A stretch of DNA of 64,000 bases from Octopus sinensis (taxonomy: Eukaryota), in contig NC_043007.1 in assembly GCF_006345805.1 (NCBI RefSeq), forward strand, positions 76,756,001 to 76,820,000, given 5' to 3'. This document shows positions 52,101 through 61,100 of the stretch, in pieces; the first letter of the stretch is position 1, and every line of letters begins with the position of its first letter. Under the pieces are notes generated by a model, which searched no databases, was not told the origin of the DNA, and saw only the letters and a program-made list of their open reading frames with translations. Both the position numbers and the translations under genes were made by a program.

Positions 52101-55100
52101 GAAAGGTTGTTGAAAAAGTATAGTAGCCAAGGTAAGGGCAAGTTGGAAAAATTTCACGGAGCTGACATCTTTGTTAGCAACAATAGTATTTTCTGTCAGA
52201 ATAAAGGGTATGATACTAGTGTTAGAACTGTGATAGTGCATGGTAGCATGACATGGACCTTGAATTTAGAAGACTTTTGAAAACTAGAAAGAAAGAAGGC
52301 AAGTGTGCTCTGATGGCTGTGTAATACTAATATGCATGAATGCTAGAGTACAAATGAGCTGAGAGAAAAACTAGGGATCAGGTGTAACAATATATGACAG
52401 AAGAGGCTACACTGATTATAGGCATGTGATGTATCTGGAGGATGATTGCTGCATAAAGAAGTGTTAAAGTGCTTCAAGTTAGTGGAAATTGCAGAAGGGG
52501 ACCAAGTAAGACTTGGGATGAAGTTTTGAAGGCTGCCCTGGAGATGCTGCGTCTCATGGAGGAAATGATTGAAAACCATGAGTGATTTGTGGTGTTGCAG
52601 AAGACTTGACCATTCATGACAAAGTGTACCCTGGTGCAAGGGGAGTGTTTAGAGACTGAGATATTTTGTACCTTGCCAAGCCTATATGTTCCTTTCACCT
52701 TGTATCCTTTACCCCCTATCTCACATCTACCTATTACCTGCCTCCCTCTTTTTACCTATTTGCTTCTCACTCTCCTTTATTGTTGTTGTTTGTTCCTTCT
52801 TGAGCCATGCCTGGCTCATAAGAGCCAGTTTCCCAGTTTCATTGGAGTATAGGTTCCCACCTGGATGGGACGCCAGTCCGTCACAGGTGAGCTGCAGGAG
52901 GAAAGAGTGAGAGAAAGTTGTGGTGAAGGAGTCATTATCTTCTGCTGGAGCTGCTTGGAGCTTAGGTGTTTCACTCATAAACATGCACATCACCCGGTCT
53001 TAGATTCAAACCTGTGATCTCTTGACCACGAGTCCGCTGCTCTAACCACTAAACCATATGCCTCCACTTCTCTTTTATTATATATATATATATATATAAA
53101 TGATACTGTATTGGATCACCCTCATTGCCATACCCATTACACTAACACCTCCCTGTTGTGTTACCTGCCAGCACTCTTTCTTTCTGATGAGTCACCTCCA
53201 TTGTTATCCATCACCTATTCTTGCTTTTATCTCATCACCCACCCTTACATTTGTTCACCACAACTCTTACCTGTCTTTCTCCTCTTGATTCTACCCCCAA
53301 ATATCCCTTACTCTTGCTTCTTCCACCTTCCCACTCATTCTGGTCCTTCTAATGTCATTACTCTCTCTTTCTCTCTCTCTCCCCCTCCCACCTATTCCCC
53401 TCCTCAGTCACCTGATTAAATGTACACACCCTAGTTTATTCAGTATCCTGTACACTTACAGTCCTATTCCCCTTCTCAACCCTAATGCTGCACTCCCTCA
53501 GGTGAATGGGAAGCAATACTACTTCTCTCACAAAGAATACTTGTAAAGTGGTTTGCAAACAATTAGAGAAAGTTTAGGATTGTGAGCCCCTTTGAGTCCT
53601 GTTCTTGAGGAATATTCAACCATTCTGGTGTTGGTGCCATAAGAAAATGAATTCAGTACACTTTGTAAAAGAGTTGATGAGAGGAAGGTCATCCAGCTGT
53701 AGAAACCAATCCAAATTATCTGTTTGAGCATCCTCCCAATAAGAAATGGCTCAGTCCACAATGACTCATCCAACCCATGCCAGCTTGCAAAGTGAATGTA
53801 AAATGATGAGATTTAGAATTAAAGTTTCTGTCTTTTCTTCATATTTTTTGTTAGTTTCAATAAATTCTTTTCTCTCTTATAAATTATTCAATATGTTATT
53901 AAAAGAAATGATTGTAAATAGTTAATTAGGTTAAGATTTTTGAAAATATATATTCTTAAGTTTGATGAAATAAAATATTTTACTACAATGTAATATGTAT
54001 TTACAAGGTATGTAAAATATAATTGGATCAATTTTTTCATTATGTGTCTTCATCAAAATTGTAATCCTTTCAGAAACAGAAGTGGCAATTCAAAGACAAG
54101 GTCCTTTTTTAATTATAAATATAATTTAATCAGTGAACACATGTTTGTCTAGAAATTAATTCACAGTGCTGTTGCACATGTATTTTGTTATTAAGTACAG
54201 TGATTGTCTTTGCTACTTCTTCCTCAAATCAGTATTGTCCATATGAGTGCAGTACTTAAAGCTTAATAGCAAATAAGGAGATGCAATTAATTTTTGGATT
54301 TGATTGATTGTCCAGTTTAAATGTGTTGTAGAGAGAGAGGGAAAGATATGCTGTTGAAATAAACTCATTTAGAATATTTTACATAAACCAATTTATTGTA
54401 TTTAATCAGAAAAATAATTTAGAGAAAAATTAAGATGTTTAAGTTCTTGAAGGTTAATTCAAAATTAATATTTTTTTTATATAGTTTAGCCTCTTTTTAA
54501 CCTTCTTCCTTTTTCTTAATATCCTCTTTTACTCACATTTTTGTTCTCACTCTCTCTTTTTACTCCCTCTCATTTTCTTCTCTATTAATCTATTTCTTTA
54601 CAAAATCTGTAATTTTTGATTTGTTCAATTTGTTACATGACTCTTTTTAAAAACCATTTTTCTTGTTTTTTGCAGAATTTGGGTAGTTTTGGGCCTTTGA
54701 AATGCAAGGAAATATATGCATTAGATAAACTTCAAAAGCAATCTCAAATTCTTGAAAATTTAATACATCTTGCTAAAGCTGGGAGTGAAATTGACTTACA
54801 TTCTGGTAAATAATCTTAAGTAACATAAATATCAATTGATATAAATTGAAATGATTTAATGTGACAAATTTGAAATATATAATGATCAAGAAAAAAAAAA
54901 AGGAACAAAACTGTGTGAAATGATACAAGAGTGTAGAGTTTTGATCATTCATCCTGTTGATTGTGGTTAGAAAACATGTGAGAAAAGTATTGTTGATGAT
55001 ATGATAGAGATAAGGTTATTATTGACTTAAAAGTATAATTATGTTCGTTAACTGGGTCACAATTCACATATTCTTCCAAGTTACTTGAAAACACTTGACT

Positions 55101-58100
55101 AATTGTAGTGTGATGTTTTTCTCATCAGGTTGTGTGCATGTGATCTTATATGCTTGGTTGGTTGCTTAAGGTGTTTTGATTCTGTAAACATTGATTTCGA
55201 GAAATGTCAATGAAACAAATGTTTGAAAAAGTGATATAATAATAATTCTTTCTAATTTTGGCACAAGTCCAGCAAATTTTAGGGGAGGGAGCACATTGAT
55301 TACATTGACTCCAGTTCTTGACTAGTACTTTATTTTATTGACCTCGAAAGGATGAAGATAAAGTCAACCTCAGTGGAATTTCTACTCCTCATTGTCCCTG
55401 CTCACACTTTCAGTTATATCTAAACATCTCTTAAATTACATGTGCCCTAGCTCACTGGGTGTGACCTGGCAAGTGATTGTAACAAACACGCAGATTAAAA
55501 GAAAAATAATAGATAATATTAAAGAACAAAGTAACCTTGAGATTTTCACACACACACACACCCAATAAGATGAACAAGAATGGAGAAAATCACCTCTGTA
55601 ATTGATGATTACACCATACATCACCAATTATCATTTCTATTGTACCAGCATATTTATATGTAGAAAAAAAGGTTCAAAATAAGATGAACAATAATATAAC
55701 TTCTGCTGTTGTTATTACTACCATCTATTACAGCAACTACTACTATTAAATAGTTGCAGGCATGGACCTGTGGTTAAGAATTTCACTTTGCAACCATGCT
55801 GATCCCAGTTAATTCTATTTGAATTTATTGGTATCTGATTGTTTGATGTAATTAACCAAGTTTGCTGAAATGGAATGATGACACCTGGCTGGAGAGGTGA
55901 TGATGTGGAAATGGACTTGAGGTCGAATACTGGTTAGTTGAAACAGTAGGTGAGGTGGGGAGAAATGCACTGTAAAGCTATTGAGAGAAAGGCCCTGAAA
56001 GTGTGCATTCTCTCCTGATGACCCTTGAAACTTTCTGGCATCTGCTATGCAGTATTTTCAACTGTCTGCACTTGCACTAGCAAGCTGTTTCCAGATCTTT
56101 GAGTGCTTTTTAGATATCTGCCTGAATGTATTAATCCCTTTTACTTCTTATTTCATATATATATATATAGTTAATCCAAACATGAACAAAGAGAAAACAC
56201 AGCAACACGAGGACGTGGAACAAGTATAGTGTTATTGGACGCTCAAGGCTTTAGCATTGTTTCTGTCAACCAAGACATCAGTCAAACTAAGCCTATTATA
56301 GAAAACATTTGCCCAAGATGGCTTGTAGTGTGATCAAACCTAATCAGCATGGTTGCAAAGTGAAATTCTGAATTACAGGCCCTTACCTGCACCTATTTGA
56401 TAGTAGTAGCTGTTGTAATAGGTGGTAGTAGTAACAACATGCCCCTCTTATTTGCTCTGATATACTGGATATACAAGTAACAGTAATTTCCTGGACATAC
56501 ATTGTATTATAATTTTTCACCTGATTTTCTTCCACATTTTTACGGTGTGATCTGGTGTCACAATGTCTCACTACGTACCTTTATTGTGTGTCATCTGGTG
56601 CACACTCACTGAAACAAGAATAACAAGGGGTCACTTTTACGTTTTACCACTTCCATTCATTTTTCTCTGTTTTTTTTTTGGTATTCTAATTTCATTATTG
56701 TAATGATATTGTTTTGTATGTCTTGAGTATTTGAAATTTATTAAATTCTTTTCCTCTATGTCTTCTGCCAGTTTTAGGTGAACATCTTAATGATAAGCAG
56801 TTGAAGGAGTTTTGGGTACAGTGCGTTGATAGAAATGTTCTGGTGGTCCCTGCTGAGAAGCTCATTACTATGATGGAGCAGAAATTAGTGAATCGCTTCC
56901 AAGAACCCTGTGATGTCAAGCCTACCCGAGGTAACTTGTCTGTCTGTCTCTTTTACCTCTCTCTCAGATGTTATTGGTTGCCTTTTACCTTTTCTTTCTT
57001 TCTTCTTTCTTAATCTATTTCAATATAAGATCAAGTGACATTTCCAAGATTTTAAATTTGGTAGTTTCTAGTAGGGTTAATTTTATAATTAGCTAATTTG
57101 ACAAAATAAAAAGAATATCAATGCAGAACAGTAAAACTAGTACATATTAGTACTAAGTGAATCCAATTTTGAAGACCAAACAGACTGACTGGGGACAATG
57201 AGATTTATCTAAATGAAATATCTACTGCGTTAATTTTGGATATTGGATATATTGCTTGGAAACCAGTAAGGCTTAGCAACAGGAAGAGCATTTAATTGCT
57301 GTCATACATATGACATAAACAAGCTAAATTGTAAAATTTTGTTCCTTCAATAAACAGTGTTCAAGATGATAAAAACATCTAAATGGTAAAACTTCCACAT
57401 ACTACAACCACTAATTTTATTCCTCATCTTATTTTATTGCTTAACATTACTATTATACAATAATAATCTCTTATTTACGGAAGATTGGTCATTTTTCTGT
57501 TTGTGATGGTGATTAGTTGTTGATATTTATAGGAAACTAAACTAATCATTGTCAATATAACAACCTGTACATAATGCAGATATATCACAGAAAGCTCTAT
57601 TAACTGTAGTATTCATCTTGAGATAATATCTATATCTCTTATACATGTACAATATTAACACAATAACACTGTATGTCTATAAGAGATTGTCTCAGGACAA
57701 ATACTGCAGTTAATTTGGGTTTCTGAGGTGTATTTGCATTAAGTATGATACATAGCTTGCTATTTTAAACTAATATTGTTTCTGTTACACATAAATTTTT
57801 AATATAACTAAATGTGTATTTTTTTTCTTTAAATTTTCAGTATTTTGTCATTTGGTTAGTCGTATTCTTGACATCTCAGATGCTGAGCTGAAAATGACCC
57901 AGAACCTCTATATCACACTTTTCCAATTTTCACTGTTCTTTAGAAATGAAGGATTTACTCTTGTTGACAAAATTATTGAAGAAAGTAAGTAAGATTTCTG
58001 ATCACTGCATTTTCATGATTGATTTCATTCTTCTATTATAGAAGTGAACTGGCTTTGCTAAATATTGTATTTATCTACAAACTTGTTGGTTAAGAGTTTG

Positions 58101-61100
58101 AATCCACAGCAAGCTTGCCTGTTTTCTTTGGCAAAACACTTACCTTTATGTACCTCATTTCATTTAACTATCCAGTGGTACATGCCTGACTTTTTCAGTA
58201 AAGGTCAATAGGATTGTTTATCCATAATAGATTACAAAAGGTCAAACAACTATTTCTTATTACTCTCTTTGTGCAATACCTTTTATCTTTTACTTGTTTT
58301 ATTTGGACTATGGTCATGCTGGGGCACCACCTTGAAGGGTTTATTTAGACAAATCAACCCCAGTACCAATCTTTTTAAGTTTGGTACTTACTTTCTCCCC
58401 CCCCCCTTTCTTTTTCCCAAACTGCTCAGTTATAAAGATGTAAAGAAACCAACTCTGGTTATCAAATAACAGGGAGACAAACACAAAGATACACACACAC
58501 ACACACAAAATGGGCTTCCACACAGTTTCCTTCAACCAAATCCACTCATAAAATATTGGTTGACCTGGGGCTATATATAGTAGAAGACACTTGCCCGAGT
58601 GCTACATAGTGGGATTGAACCCAAAACCACATGGTTGCAAAGAGTTTATTAATTCAAAGTTAAATGGAAAAAAGAAAAATTGTAATTGATTTTCTGTCCA
58701 GTAAGACTGAAGTAATAGTTTTGTAAACAGTTTTAAAGAGACTGTACAAAATCTTGGTTATACTTGAAACAGAAAATATTTTGGTAGCACTCGCCTGAAA
58801 TAAAGATGATATTTAAGAAGTTAAATTGTAAAATGAGAACAATGGTTTGTAGTAAAATTATGGAATAGACTAAATAGTTGGAAGTTATTTTGTAATTTCC
58901 TTAAATTTCCTTTTCTTTGTTTCAGTGGCCAACCTTAGCCACTTCTTTGAAGAATTTTAATCAAATGAATCAACCTCATCAATTTTTCTTTTTTGTTTTT
59001 GTTTTTCTAAAGCCTGGTACTTTTTCTGTTGGTCTCTTTTACTGAACTGCTAAGTTATAGGTATTTAAGCACATTAGCACCAGTTGCCAAGCAGTGGTGA
59101 AGACACAAACACACATAATACATTCATATATATACGTGTGTGTTTGTGCATACGCATATGTGAAGGGCTTATTTCAATTATTGTCTACCAAATCCACTCA
59201 CAAGGCTTTGGTTGACCTGAGGCTATAGCAGAAGACATGTGCTTAAGGTTCCATGAAGTGGCACTGAACCCAGAACTATGTGATTGGGAAGCAAACTTCT
59301 TACCACTGAGCCACACCTAGGAATAATGACTTCTTCACTTAAGTTACAAGAAGTCTGCTATGTTTCCAGTGTTTAAATATTTCCTAGGTTAATTGCTTGT
59401 TATTTCTGATCTTAATATTGACAACATACTATTTAACTAATTTTAAGGTATTACATTTAACTAATGTTAAGGCAGTGAGCCTACAGAATCATTAGCATGT
59501 CAGATAAAATGTTTAGTACTTTTTCTTCTTGTTCTTTTGATGTTCTGAGTTCAAATCCTGCTAAGGTAAACTTTGCCTTTCATCCCATCAGGGTCGATAA
59601 AGTATCAGTCAAATACTTAGGTCGATATAATGGACTTGTCCCCTTCCCTCAAAATTGAACCCTGCAATGAACTGGTGCCTCATTCTGGGGGAATGTTATG
59701 ATCTTGGTCACTTATATCATGGAAACTGGGTAACCAGCCTTATGAGGCCTAGGGCTTGAGGGGTAAAATGGTATTAGAAGTATCTGAGAAAGTTACCATA
59801 ATCATTAATATTAATTCTCATAACCAGTACTTTTCTTTGATCTGACAAGCTATATATACTGTAGCTGACTAAAAGTATATTCTATATTTCTAAATAGACA
59901 ACAGTGAAAACTAAAAGACTCATTGGTAAGCTTAGATGAAAGAATAATATTACCTTTTAGAATGTCTACAAATATTTAAGTAAAAGGCAAAAAAGCACAT
60001 GCAAATTGCTGAACTTTCAGATACCAAAATAGAATTAGAATATCAGCATTTTCTGGAAGTGAAGATCGAACATTATCAATCTGTCATAAACTGTTAGTGC
60101 TATTTGAACAATTTGTATCATTATTTGATTGTATACAGAGTCACAATTGAATTTATACCAATCGATATTTTTGACAACAGCAAAAATCATAAGTAAAACC
60201 AAAAGTCTTTATTAAAAAGGTGTAAAAACAAAACAAAAAAGGGGTTAGCTGCAATTATTGTTCCTAAATAGATGTGATTTGCTATTGAAAGAAACCTTTT
60301 CCTGTTAAGTAATAACTCTTGAGCTTTTATATTTCTTTGGTATTCCTAAAAGCATTTTATCCCATTGCTCACAATCTCCAAAATTTGGTTGTCATTACAC
60401 TTGGCATCTCTAAGCAGAGCACTTCCAGAAAAAAAAAAGCAGTGAGTTGAAGTGGGAAAGTTTTTATTTATATATGTATTTATTCAAAAGTATGCTCATT
60501 TGTAATATTGAAGGGAAGGGAATATGTTATAGCCCCTCATAAATAGTAATATTCCTACCACCAATCTGTACTCAGTTTGATGCTTACCAAAAATACAAAG
60601 GACTTTATCATTATTGATGCATATATATACCATATTTGATAGCATATAAGATGCACATTTTATCTAAAGAAAAATGTTTCAAAAAATAATCCCAGGCCCT
60701 TTATGTTAAGTTGGGCCTCCCATAAGTTAATTTTGTCCTTGGTATTCAATATTTTTCTCTAGGCTAATTTTAATCCAGAAAGTCTCTTCTACTTAGCTTA
60801 ACTCCATAATAATTATGATATTTACTTAAGCATTATTATTATTACTTGCACTGTAAAAGGAATTATCATAGCAATGAACTGGCAATATTAACTAGTACTA
60901 GCTTTAATGCACTAAAAACTTGTTCTCTTGAAATTCATTGCTGAAATTGGGGTGCATCAAATATGCTTGTGTGTCTCTTATGCTATCAAATACAGTAGTT
61001 ATTAATGAAAAAAAAAGATTACTTTTGAAACTAATTTTAAAGTTCAATCATCCACTTTATTTTCAGTTTCTATCAGTGATAAACTGTGTTCAGGTAATGC

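Noticed and set aside
52990-53067. tRNA gene (also the heads at 8730-8792, 20714 and 43011)
   Set aside because: A/B boxes are present, but there is no closed cloverleaf or acceptor stem, and each continues into a SINE body.
53184-53230. CTGATGAG as a hammerhead core
   Set aside because: No stem II or downstream GAAA.
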